A program made the position numbers and the translations under genes. From the NCBI GenBank assembly GCA_030141605.1, contig JAQGDQ010000001.1:2108001-2172000 (forward strand): a stretch of DNA of 64,000 bases. Reading direction: 5' to 3'. Positions 39,340 to 51,651 of this stretch are shown here, one piece after another (the stretch's first letter is position 1; each line of letters starts with the position of its first letter). The notes below the pieces were generated by a model, which saw only the letters and a program-made list of their open reading frames with translations, made no database searches and was not told the origin of the DNA. This stretch comes from Tubiluchus corallicola. Its lineage: Eukaryota > Animalia > Priapulida.

Positions 39340-39685
39340 CTGACAAGAAAATCGAACTTTTAAACAGATTATCTCATAAGTTAACTTTGTAACAAGACTA
39401 ATAAAAATATTAAAATTCAACATTTTTTCTTTTGACATTCAAATATAATATTTGATAATTTGGTAACAAAACAGCACTAGTTGGAGTTGAAAATAAGTGA
39501 ATTTTCAGTAAAGTAAATGAGTTTTATCCACATTACGCCAGACTCTATAACAGATGCACTTTTGCTGGAGAACTAAACCGCCATTGCGAGTAGACTAAAC
39601 TGTCATATATGAACAATATACAAGTAACAAGCAAAATTTAGTATGCACCTACAAAAAAAACTGAGATAACTTTTGTTAAACCCAC

Positions 39686-39862
39686 CTGGCATTGTCACAC
39701 ATGGCTGTAATGGAATAATCTCTCGACCATCCTTAGCCTGCTTTTCCTGTTTTTTTAATTTCTTCTTCAGCTTTCTTTCGGTTTTCTTTCTCTCATAGTT
39801 AGCCAAAATCTCATTTTTGGTCCGTGGAATTCTGAATCTGATACAGCAGCAAAAAGCAATAA
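39686..39862 (-). CDS. TMIE: TMIE-like exon (end of TM, conserved CC..RIPRTK motif, basic tail)
   Basis: gttttag|...|gtgggt; encodes (I)IAFCCCIRFRIPRTKNEILANYERKKTERKLKKKL...; compare TMIE [20 protein letters not shown]. 177 nt, phase 1/1. Confidence 0.88.
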
Positions 39863-41001
39863 CTAAAACAAGTAAAATATAAAATTCAATTTATATATTG
39901 CAAGCATAAATTACGAAAATTTTGTAAAATAATAAAATGAGGCTGATGAAAAATTAAGGAATGCTATTTATGCTCAACATTTCACTGTTAACCATTTTAG
40001 GTACAACTACTACAATTCAAGTTGCCAACTTGCCACTTTATTAACATAGCATAAACACTTTCCATGGGAAGATAGCAGTAGATTCTGCTAAAAGATGATA
40101 TGAACTCTAGCACACAGGACCGCAACAATAAAAATTAAATTGACTCTAATTTGGTGTACAGAGGATTTTGTGAGATACAGATAACTCATTTAAGACATTT
40201 TTTACTAATGAAACTTATATGAAAGCTGACTAAAGGTGCTTAAGAAATTATCAAGTGCAAGAGAACAATGAGACTAAAAACTGCAAATTCAGAGCATTTA
40301 ATAACAAACATTTTAAAATCTAGCTCTCAAATTGCTTGCCTTTTAACCCTTGCACTACGAAAGGTGGCACACTGCTGCTTATGTGTTTCGTGTAAGACTG
40401 CCGCCCAAGCTCAGCACAGTCACTTGGGTCTGCTTATTTCGCTACTATGGCCATACAAAATCATTGTGGAAAAGTTTTAACAGCTGTGGAATTAGGGTCA
40501 CTTCACAACATTCTCACACATAATCACTTGTTGATAGTTGGTGAAACGTATGTTTAATGGCTTGTTCTGGTAAAATGATTGCATAATATGGATTACTATG
40601 ACCCAGTTAAAAAGCAACTACGCAGTGAAAGGGTGAAGAGAAAAAAATACAACATATGCAGTACATCTGGCCTTCTAAATCTAATTCATTATTAGCCTGC
40701 TAGCACACTGAATAAGTACTTCTAGTTATGAAGCCAAACTTGTCCAGTGTCCAACATGTACCATTGACAACACTTATAATATATACTTTTAAAATCACTT
40801 TTTCAACTAAAGCACATATTTTAGAGCAAGCTGCAACTTTTTTTACCATTATGAAAGTTTTTTATGATTTTATATCTTTAGAAACTATGGTAACTATAAT
40901 TAGAAAATCTTGACAATTGAAATTGATTAAGAACCCAAAACCAATGTTATTGCAAAACCCTACCTAACAAGTTTTTTAACATGCTTAAGTAACTAGCTTA
41001 C

Positions 41002-41155
41002 TGAACAATGATATTCCAATGGCAATAAAAGCCAAAATATGCCACAGTCGAAACGGACCCAACACTACTGTTTCTGCTGTGAATGGCCCCTTTGTAGTGG
41101 ATGTTGTGGTCCAATAAACTGATGTTTCCATGTCATCAGGATTTACGTCAGGTGT
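41002..41155 (-). CDS. TMIE: TMIE-like (transmembrane inner ear protein family) exon
   Basis: tttttag|...|gtaagc; encodes TPDVNPDDMETSVYWTTTSTTKGPFTAETVVLGPFRLWHILAFIAIGISLF; compare recalled human TMIE ETVVFWDMRLWHVVGIF. Alternative start ATG at 41131. Confidence 0.85.
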
Positions 41156-42004
41156 CTAAAAATATAAAAACACAGTCTTATTTCAAATGCGTTAGGGATT
41201 AAAGTGAATCAATGAATGATTGAATGATGGTTATGACAACAACAGCACTCTTTTATATAGTAATACATGAACACAGGCTAAATTAAAGATATAATGAGGT
41301 AGAATTCTTTCGGAAAGAGATAATGGGCCCTTTAATCAAATTTAGGCAGGCTACAAAAAATCTGTTTCTGTCTTACCACATGAGCTCACAACATAGCAGT
41401 GGGAAAGAAGCATTTTTTTCAAAAAAGATGTTTTTAAACTTTTTGAAAGTTTATGCTGAATCGCATAATATTTAAAATCCGTTAAAATCAAATTTATTTC
41501 TCACTGATTAGCAGTAATGTTCTAAATTTTTTCAATGTACATTTTTTCACGTTTAGTTTTTTAGTTTTTAGCTTTGCATTAGTTTCTTTTATGAACGGTA
41601 TGAATGTATGTTCTGATAATCATGGTATAAACGGCAACACTATTGAGCAGTAAATACACTGGTTTGTCGGAAAATGTGATACTTTTTAGCCTCAAATATA
41701 ATAATCAACATCAATCAACTGGTAACCCTCGCCGAGAGTTAGAAGTTATCGCCAAAATAATGACGCTATAATAATTCTTAGATTTTAGATTTTAAATGTG
41801 AAAAATTATGCTTTTATATGACTGGGTCATATATGAATCAGGTAAGTATATGAACGTACAAAAAAAATACAAAATTCCCAGGCAGGGTGTGCAATAAAAA
41901 AATATTACCTAGGCAATATTACCTAGAAGGAAACAGAAGCAATTACTGTCGACCTTATTCACACAAATTCCCTGTAGTTCATATGCGACCCCATCTGTGG
42001 ATTT

Positions 42005-43730
42005 ATGGGGATAACATCCCTGGTCCAGCATTATGCATCCAGCATAATGCAAAATTTGCTTCTTGCACCACACTTGAGGGCACAAACAGCAACAAATATA
42101 GAAGTGAACTGAGGAAATTTTAGATGCTTTAATTGCTTACCTTCTGAGGCTAATTAATAAGAATAAGGATAAGCAAATATTGAATGTGTCTGATTAATAC
42201 ACTGAGATCATGCAATGGTGTGATGGCCAAACTGTGGGCTTAGCTGGCAAAGAAATTTTTTATAATTACACTCGTATACCAGTGAAAAGAAAAATTTGGT
42301 AATTCACTTAAGAAAATCCAAGATGGCATTCAACAATCACATTCACGTTTTTAGCGATCACTTACTCCATATGTACATGGTGGCTACTGCTTGCACTGAC
42401 ATAAAAGTAGCCTTGATTATATTTTGCAATATCCCAGGAAGCCAAATAAATAATTATAATAATTAGTAATAATATTTATAGCCTAGATCTAACTACATAT
42501 CTATGAATATATCTATTACAGATGCACTGTCTTCAACTAAACTTTTAATATGTAATTATTTTTAATAAAAACTGACATTAGCTATCGATTTTGCTCACCA
42601 GCATCCATCAAAAACAGAACATGCAACATTTTGGGTTTGCCGGATGATTTTGCTGTATGCTGGATGCGTGATGCTATCACAATCACAACATTGGGAAGGA
42701 TATCCTAAAAAACTGTGACTTGTGTCAAATGTGGCAACAATCTGCTTTGGCCAGTTCCATGTTTGTACAACAAAGATCCCGTAACAGCATTCTATGACAT
42801 ACAATGTATATTCAGCAGCAGCAGTCATTTTAGGTTTTTTGCTCTTTACATCCTTTACATGTTAAACTAGGGTGATGGTGTGTAACTGCAAGCATTACCA
42901 AGTGTTTAGCAACTGAAAAGTGATCATTATATATTCCTTTAGTCAAAGAATGAAAACACGTTATAAATTAATTAAATAAAAATTATTTTGAATTTTTGGT
43001 GGTGGGAAGCCATTTCATACCAGTGTTACATTTCATATACTGGCACTGCGTCTATGGAATGGGCCTTTTGTGGAATAATACATAATGCTACTAGCAGTAA
43101 AAAAGCCAGCGCTAACTATTCGTTGGGCAATGATAACATGCATAATAATGTGTTTTTCATAATAAAGAAACACTTGTTAAATTAGTTAACTCTCAGGAAC
43201 TAAAACTAACACTTAATCAGCAAAATAGTTAAATGTTTTGTACATTAGGCATCAGCTATTTGGAGGGTTCAAAAAACAAATATAATGTACTTACCAAACC
43301 TCATGATAATGATAGGCCTAAGCCCAGTTTACAAATTTTAACAATTTATAGTTTTAAATTTACAGCAAAAACAAACAAGAAAATTCTACTATGTAAACTG
43401 AAAAGTGTAAATGTAAATAATTTTGTAAATTAATGTAAATAATAATGTAAATGTAAATCTATAATAAATGAAAAAGAAGGGTGGCCATTACACCACTGCT
43501 CGATTTCAATTTCTTAATCAGATGCACTCAATATCTGCTTATTCTTCATCTTATTAATTAGCCTCAGAATATAACAATTAGAACATCTAAAATTCACTTC
43601 TATTTTTAATTTTATTGCTGTTTGCACGCTCAAGTGTAGTGCGGGAAGCAAAATTTGCATTATGTTGGGTGCGTGGTGCATAATATGGGATCACGTGTGT
43701 TGCGCGTCTAAATGTTATCCCCTATAGATG
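42005..43730. repeat. Pair of diverged ~200-bp inverted repeat copies (42005-42197 and 43514-43730)
   Basis: TTAATCAGA...TCTTATTAATTAGCCTCAGAA...CTCAAGTGT.GTGC..GAAGCAAA.TTTGCATTATG...ATGTTATCCCC is present on opposite strands. Confidence 0.85.
42599..42912 (-). other. Probable upstream exon of the TMIE-like gene (mostly 5' UTR, possibly contributing ATG CTG)
   Basis: cttttcag acceptor at 42914-42913 and gtgagc donor at 42598. The last 6 nt ATG CTG would join in frame to the next exon (MLTPDVNP...). No transcript evidence. Confidence 0.45.
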
Positions 43731-43989
43731 CACCACTGATATAATTCAAATTAAAAAGCTAATGCCAGGCTACCGACTAGACAATATACTACGACTACAA
43801 TATATACTGCTGACGAAGGTTATAAATGACAATAAAATTCTAAAACCTACTTCTACAATTTGGATACAGAATCTCTCAATTCCCTTATATACTGAAAAAA
43901 TAAAAAATGAAATACCTCTTCTGTTAGTGTTGCGACAGAAACACTAAGGCCTAAATACAGTACTAAAATACACAAAAACATCTCAATTT

Positions 43990-46290
43990 TCGCCATGTGG
44001 TTTCTGAGGTTTCTCTCACCCCTCTCCACTTGTATGGGCAAACGATGAAATCGATTGCAGGGGTTCTTCAACACTGCAGCACCTTTCTTCTTCAAAATTT
44101 ACTTCACCAACTTTCTTCAAAATGCCTTTCCTATAAAACAAACAATCATTGACATATTTGGATGCTTTCAACAAATTTTCACTACAACAGCTTTTAACAT
44201 CCTCTGTTGAGACTTCAATTGGATTTTCTCTAATCCTTTTATATTTGCTACAAGTAAATAAATGTTCTGTTGTGTCTAATTCACTATTGCACATGGGATA
44301 TTTAAATTTCTTATAAATGAACCCTTAAAATTTGCTTTTATTTTGACCATATTAAGTCTTAAATCCAAATTATTTTTAGCTTCTGCATGACTGAATTTTG
44401 TAAAATAATCCTTCTGTTCCCATTTATTGCTTTCCAAAAATCTTAATTTTAAGCTCTTATTTATATTTTCACTGCATTTGTCTTGTATCACAGATGTTAT
44501 TTTAAATTTTATGTATTTTTTCCACTTGCTTTGCAAAAATCTATTATTGCTTTCCAAAAATCTTAATTTTGAGCTCTTATTTATATTTTCACTAATTTGT
44601 CTTGTATCACAGATGTTATTTTAAACTTTATGTATTTTCTCCACTGTGATTTCTTTTGATTTTTCACATATTCCTTGTCAATATTAATTCCATAAATGTT
44701 TGCCATTTTCTCAATTTCACTATACCAATTATCATCATGCCATGCTGTATTTCATTTGCTGTGCTATAACTTTGCTGGCTAACCTTTTACTTCCTGATAT
44801 TAAAAGAGTTCTTAATAAAACATAAATTTTTTTGTACCAAATACATTCTTCAATCGGCCAAATTCCCAATTCTGATATTAACCCCCAGTAACTTGTAGTT
44901 CTATCCATTCCCAACATAATTCTTACTGACTTACCTTGAATACTTTTCAATTCTTCATACTCATTACTTTTCATGTTTGACCAAGTTTCAGAATTATAAA
45001 TTAAAGATGGTATTGCAAGTGATTCATAAAATTTTAGTCTTATTTCTACTGACATTATTCCTACATTATTAATATTTGCCAAGGAGTTAATATAGCTAAT
45101 TTTGAATTTCTTCTGCTCTTTTCGCTTTTCAATTAATGTCTTATAAGTGTTTTCTTCATTTAGCCAATCACCAAGGTATTATAGCTTTGTGTTTATCCAA
45201 TTTCTCCTTTGCTAATTTTTTTCTTTAAGTGGAGGAATTCTTTTCTTTCTAGACATCTTTGTTCGCATTGACTGCGTTTTTTTAATACTGAACTTTATTC
45301 TTTTTAATTCTTCTGTTTTCCTACAATTTTTAATCATTCTTCTAATTGTTCCTATCCCTAAAATATCATCTACATACATCATCATTTCTGTTTTAAGCTC
45401 AGGAGTTATTATTGTTTTTGTTTTTTCAAGAGAATTTATTCTATTTGCCGTTGCACGGCACAAAAGCGGATCTAAAACAGTTCCCTGTCTAACAGATTCC
45501 TTTATTTTAATTTCATTAGTGATACCAACTGGTGTGTCAATAACAGCATATGCTACCTCATTCAAACTGAAAATTAATTCACAAATATGTGCTGGTATCC
45601 CTAAACGCCACATTTCAACTACAGCATCTTTAAGCCAAAGCTTATCGAAGCATTTTTCTATATCAAAAAATGTCTTGTAAATATCATTGGTTAAATATTT
45701 ATTATAATTTAAAATTGCCCTAATTGTGAATAGGTGATCAGCAGTACTTCGATTAGATATTCCACCACACTGGTATCTTCCTAAAGCTGTTATCCAATTT
45801 GTCAATAATTCTATTTTTAATATTTTTTTCAAACAGTTTGCTCATAATATTCGTAAAGAAAATACGTCTTCTATTTTCCTTCAGCTTTTTATCACCTTTG
45901 CCTTTGTAAACTAACTTAATTATCATAATTTTCCATTCTTCTGGAATTTCTTTACTGCTGAAAATTTGATTAAACATTTTTGCAATAGTATTTAAAAGAT
46001 CTTCGCCCCCTGCTTTAAGTATTTCATTCTTCCATTCCTGCCTGTCACATGATTTTCTGTTTTTCAAATCTTTGATAGCCACATCAATTTCTATCTCTGT
46101 AACTGGTTCTATTTTTTCAGTACCTGCAATATGTTTAATTATGTTATAAGTATCTTCTACATATTTTTTAATGTTTTCTTCTTTTTCATTTTGAGGCACA
46201 GACTGATTCAATAGATCATAGTAGTATTGTTCAAAAATTAACCTTATTTCCTCTGCATCTTCACATACTAAACCATTTTGGTTTTTCATG
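43990..46290 (-). mobile_element. 5'-truncated, frameshifted non-LTR retrotransposon (LINE) RT remnant
   Basis: Successive broken ORFs give IPEEWK...YKGKG, STADHLF, FFDIEKCFD, VRQG.VL.PLL, YVDD, P.LIYNSETW and a C-terminal C.MC....DTTEHLF.C motif. Confidence 0.9.
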
Positions 46291-46851
46291 GCAGTAGTAA
46301 GTTAGTGTTAACCTTTTGGTTTGCCATGATGGCTCCAAAAAAATCCGCTTCACCAGGCGCAACATCTGTAATGTAAGTAATGCATGAGCAGTAACGCACT
46401 CACTACGATTATTACATCGACAGACATGAATGCAAAATTCTTCATGTGTTGGCCGTTGGGTTGAACGTTCTCTAAGGTTGGATCCTCTGTGTTTTTAACA
46501 CTTGTAGTGCTACGCATAGCATTTTTATAAAATTACCTGCAATGTTTTATACTCATACAAACCTATGCTAATACATGAGACTTTCGCCAAAGGCTGTATA
46601 ACACATGTATGCTAACAACACTAAACTGCACTAAAATTTTATTATTTCATACATTAATCATAGCTAAATCATTTTAGTGTTGAACAGTCTGGACGTCGTT
46701 CGAAATTACTTTGTCATAACCCTATTGCATTGGAACTGTAAATTAATGTTGGAAATGTAGACCCTGTGATTTTAATAATAAAAATTAAATTATGACCTAG
46801 TCCACCCTTGAATGAGGTACTAGCAGAACTATTTTTAACATATGCTTCGGT

Positions 46852-47112
46852 GGCTGGGTGGTCAAAAGACCACCAGACAATTAAAGGACCACAAGTCAAA
46901 GGACCACAGCCAACAGCCCAACATAGACAAGTGACCAACTAGTTAACATTGTTTTGCATGATTTGCTAAATTTTTATTTAGTTGTCCTTTGAATGGTGGT
47001 TCTCTGTCTTCTCAAGTGAATCTTCGACCAGAGGTTCTTTGTCTGGTAGTCCTTTGAGTGGTGGTCTTTTCTCCGTGTTGGTCCTTTGACTGTGGCCTTT
47101 CGACCTGTGCCC
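46852..47112. mobile_element. Small foldback-like MITE
   Basis: Repeated CAAAGGACCAC units on the left and inverse GTGGTCCTTTG units on the right. Confidence 0.65.
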
Positions 47113-48736
47113 TGTGATTTACGAATTAATATAACCTGATTTTTTGCAAAACTTTTACTATGTTGGTTCAGTCTTGAATGGGAAAAATCATTCTATTAGT
47201 TAGCTATAGCTATACCATCTATTTAACTTCCTCAGGACTGCACGGACATTAAGCATTACGCTTTTGAAAGTGATTTAATTGGATAAAATTAAAAGATGAA
47301 CCCTTTTCAGGCATTCGAACTTAGCCTATCGAGCAGCTTCGTGTGATGCACATTTGCGTGATCGTGCATACTATTTTATTGATCGCCTGTTTGGTACAGT
47401 CTAAGAGAACTGCCTGCTGAACAGAGTTCCTATAAAAACCAACCGTTCTGCCAAGGATGAATTAAGGTCGTCTCATCTTTAACAGAAATTTCTCCTTAAA
47501 AACAGAATAGACTTGAGGCCAATGTGTATCAGAGTGTTGGGTTTGGATAGTTGAAATTGTCCACATTACCTGATTTCACACAAACGATATTGTACCTTGT
47601 TACAGTGCAAACGCTACAGTTACTGAAGGCATTTTTCAATTATTGTCAAAAATCAATTTATAATTTTTCTATGGTAAGCAAATACAGTTCATTATAACTT
47701 TGCACGAAAACCCAGTGTGTGAGGAGCAGAAACATACAAAAATTTCATGAAACCATACAAAATACAGCAAATGCTTATGGTCCTGAAAAAATAACAGATG
47801 GGCACCCATGTGGCTGATGACCTGAGGAGAGGCCTATTCTGCAGCACCTCCTCTGGCAGAGTAAATGTGATCAAGAACGAAGTTCTGTAGAAAATCTATT
47901 GAGACTAAGTGGAATCAATAAAGTTACGTATATTTAGCATGATAGTCATAGTAATATAGCATTACTTGGAACACGCTTACAAAACTGAGTCCATTTAAGT
48001 ATGCAACAATCAACACCCGAGAAGCTGGACTGAACGTGATGAAAATCAGACCTATGCAAAAACAAAAACACAATTCATCTTCAGAACTATCAACGATTGG
48101 ACTCGCTAAACCATTAATAATACTCACATTTAATATCCAGTGTGAGATGCACAAGGCTTTTACTCTAAACTATGGAAAGTATTATGCCAAATGATTGAGC
48201 AATAGTTTGAAGCTGTTCTGCGTTATTACTCGTTGTTTTTCATCACTAACAAAAGGTTACGTTACACTAGAGCAGAGCTTGTGCTTATATGATATAATAG
48301 TTTTTATGACGTGCATGCTCTTTGTCAAAATAAACAGATTGCTAGCCCTATGTCACACGTAATTCTAAGAACAGAAGACGACGAAGTATTATCAAAACTC
48401 TGAAAACGTTTTTATGCAATCACTGGAAAATTTATTTACTTAGTTCTATACGCATGGTACTACAGATCAGTGTCATAATTATTACACTTCATTGAATAAT
48501 ATAATTTTTTGGCAAAGGAAATGGTACTGGCAACGTAATAGTCTCCCAGAGAAGGATGTAAAGGTCAAGGTTATCAATAGTAACAAATGTGTGCTTGCAT
48601 AGCTAAATCGTCCATCAGTCGACAACTAAGCTTTTCTAGCTATTTACACATCATGAATCTCCAAATCATGAGGATCAATTTGATACCAAGCCACACAGAA
48701 AAACATAACCTTAAGAAAACCATTCTTAAAGCTAGC

Positions 48737-49170
48737 TGCAGCGGGTGCATAGGCCCTTTTTTGTCTTTATTTAGTTACTGCCACGGTGCTGCCACCTGTT
48801 TGTTTATTTAGTAGACTTTTTACCCGTCTTTCGATTCTCTCGGCCATTACTCTAGTGCTGTGTCTATGATGAACATTATGTCTGTAACTCTCTTACGAGT
48901 TTATTGTTGTGACATCGTTGTGCTTAAGGCCTTGGAGTTCTCATTCCTGTCTTTGTAATTGCTAAAGGCTCTAACAACGCAAGTCATTATTAATTAATTT
49001 CAATATATATCAAAATTTTTATATCAGTTTTCTTAGTTATAGTCATACATTTAATCATGCGATGAACTCTTTTCTATTCAATGCAAATTAAACTAATTGT
49101 TAAATCATTGTATTACAGAAAAAAGAAACTTTTGGTCAGCACATTAAACTGGTGTTTTGCATCCATTTCA
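48737..49170 (+). repeat. 5' LTR
   Basis: Direct repeat of 55534-55967; I count 7 substitutions by eye in 434 bp (about 98.4% identical). Confidence 0.96.
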
Positions 49171-49690
49171 TCCTTTATTGTTGAGCTGTTGTCAGTCCTT
49201 CTCCTGGAGGACAGGAGAAGAGATCAAGGGTGCCAACGAACGTCACATGGAGCAGGCTCAAGGGCGACCTAGATCTGCCCTCTCACCTGTGTTACACACG
49301 CTTTGAGTCTACCGCCGTGCCTGGCTGAACGGAAATGGGATTCATCGCTGCGTAATGTTGTGTCTACTACTTTGTATATCGTTTAACAGTTTAATTTTAT
49401 GCTGAAAACGTTTCTAAACAATTTTGCACAAATTATTTTGTCCAGTATATTACAGCTATAACGGTTTTGATAGTTTTGTTGTCCTTAACATCTGTTTTGG
49501 CAGATTACTAGTTTATCTAGTTTGTGTTTGACATTGCGTACAGTTAATACTGATTTGATATAATTTGTACTGTGTTAGAGATTCACGAGTGGTGCTTCAT
49601 GCTATACCAAATATTGATTTATTTCTTTGTAATGCTATGTAATGAATATTGTTCAGCAATTTGTTTTGTAGTAGGATAGCGAACTGCATC

Positions 49691-51646
49691 ATGAGTGTTC
49701 AGGAAATTAAAGAACGTAAAAGTGCAAGAGGTACAGCCAAGTCGTTAGTGAGAAAAAAGATAAACCGCATCCGGCAGCTTATGGAAGCTGAGTGTGCTTC
49801 TGACGATCTTATGAAAGAAGCTAATGAGTTACATAATTTAGCTAAAGATTTTGAGACTTTACATCAGGAATATCATGACTTGCTGGAGAGCCAAGAAGAG
49901 ATATCACAGTCTCAGAATTATTATGAGGAGGTGATGAACAAGGTTGAGTCTGCTGCAACCAGGGTAAGACTATACCTCGAGTCGACGTTGGCCCCAGAAC
50001 TGATTGCTCCACCTCCGCCTGTGGGTTTTTCCTCAACAATGCCACCTGAATCAGTTGTATTGCCAGACCAACAGCAATTAGGTGCAACGTCTTTAAAGGA
50101 AACATTCAAATATTCAAGGAGTAAATCTTCAAGCGAATCTACGATCAGCAAAGTCAGTACTTTCAAGGCACGAGCTTCTGCTAAGAAAGCTGCTCTTATT
50201 GCTGAGGCCAACATGATAGAACAGCAGAATGAGCTTGAAATTGAAGAGCTCAAATTGCAACAAAAGAAGAGAATACTAAAGCTCCAAACAGATATTGCCA
50301 AAGCTAGTGCTGAGGAGCAAGTACTAGCCATCTCTGAAGGAGGAGATTCTGGATCTGATCCAGCTGCTGGTAAAGGCCACCTTTCTTATCCACTTCCTCT
50401 GGAGACAGAGGCTCGAACTAGAAATTTGGTCCAGCAACAAGCAGATTATACTCATGATTTTAACCCTTTGGCTACGGAATTTCAACCAACAATGGCCACA
50501 GGTCACCAGGAAGCTTCAAGACCAGATATGCAACAATTGGTAGATATGATGCAACTTCCTCGCTCTGAACTCGTAAAGTTTAAAGGAGACCCCTCTGAGT
50601 TTTGGCTGTTTATGCGTTCATTTGATCAGATGGTGGATTCTGCCAATGTGACTGCTGCTTCCAAGTTGAATAGGCTGCTGCAGTATTGTGATGGAGAAGC
50701 CAGAGAAGTTATTCGATGTTGTACTATTTTGGAACCAGAAGCGGGCTACCCTAGAGCTAGAAGGTTACTGCGAGAGAGATTCGGCAATAGCTTTCAGATT
50801 GTGGAATCTTGGGTAAAAAGGCTTACAGAAGGTCCAGCTATTAAACCTAGTGATAGGCGGAACTTACAGTTGTTTGCTGATGACTTACGAAGTTATATGA
50901 TCACACTTGAAGCTATGAAGTGCACTGACGAATTGGATTCTAAAAGAAATATGGTATCCATTGTCAGACGACTGCCTCTGTTTTTGCAGTCAAGATGGAG
51001 GACAAAGGCTCTTGAATATCTTGATCAAAACGGCAGATATCCAGCGATAGAACAACTTTCAGAATTTCTAGATAGAGCAGCACGGGAGATAAATGATCCT
51101 ATCTTTGGTGTTCTAGATGCTCAAGCAAAGAGCGAGAAGCCAATGAAAAAAGAAGCTAAAGCATTTGTTTTGCAAGGAGAGCCCTCCCAAGCAGCACCAC
51201 AACCACTGCAACCAAAGTGTGCATTTTGTGAGAACAATCATCGCATTGACAAATGTAAAGATTTTTTGAAACTCAATGATGCTGGGAGATTCAACTTTGC
51301 TCGACAGAAGAGGCTTTTTTTTAATTGCTTAGGCTATAAACATCTCAGCAGAAAATGTTCCAGACCTCCTTGTGGATTGGATGGTTGTAAAGACAAGCAT
51401 TCCAAACTATTGCATTTTTGGTTCCAGAAGCCGGGTAAAGAAACCAGTGACAGAACAAACACTGAGAAAGCATCTGAATCAGAAACTGGGGCAACTAGTT
51501 GCGTTTTTCAAATGCCTTATCAGCAGAATGCTAAATTGTCTTTACCTGTTGTTTCGGTTATTGTTAAGACTGCTACAAAATCCATTGTGACACATGCATT
51601 GTTGGATCCCGGAAGCAACAAACATTTTGTTCAAGTGATTTATTAG
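49691..51646 (+). CDS. BEL/Pao Gag (DUF1759-like region, triple Cys/His knuckle) and start of aspartic protease
   Basis: F.GDP..FW.F..SF and KL..L.QYC.GEA motifs; CAFCENNH...C, (F)FNCL...H....C, CGLDGC...H..LLH; protease ALLDPGS. First ATG at 49691. Confidence 0.9.
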   Translation: MSVQEIKERKSARGTAKSLVRKKINRIRQLMEAECASDDLMKEANELHNLAKDFETLHQEYHDLLESQEEISQSQNYYEEVMNKVESAATRVRLYLESTLAPELIAPPPPVGFSSTMPPESVVLPDQQQLGATSLKETFKYSRSKSSSESTISKVSTFKARASAKKAALIAEANMIEQQNELEIEELKLQQKKRILKLQTDIAKASAEEQVLAISEGGDSGSDPAAGKGHLSYPLPLETEARTRNLVQQQADYTHDFNPLATEFQPTMATGHQEASRPDMQQLVDMMQLPRSELVKFKGDPSEFWLFMRSFDQMVDSANVTAASKLNRLLQYCDGEAREVIRCCTILEPEAGYPRARRLLRERFGNSFQIVESWVKRLTEGPAIKPSDRRNLQLFADDLRSYMITLEAMKCTDELDSKRNMVSIVRRLPLFLQSRWRTKALEYLDQNGRYPAIEQLSEFLDRAAREINDPIFGVLDAQAKSEKPMKKEAKAFVLQGEPSQAAPQPLQPKCAFCENNHRIDKCKDFLKLNDAGRFNFARQKRLFFNCLGYKHLSRKCSRPPCGLDGCKDKHSKLLHFWFQKPGKETSDRTNTEKASESETGATSCVFQMPYQQNAKLSLPVVSVIVKTATKSIVTHALLDPGSNKHFVQVIY

Positions 51647-51651
51647 CTACT

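Noticed and set aside
47690-48150. Possible Tc1/mariner remnant (MKPYKIQ-like peptide)
   Set aside because: Only one short motif among many stops; no TIRs found.
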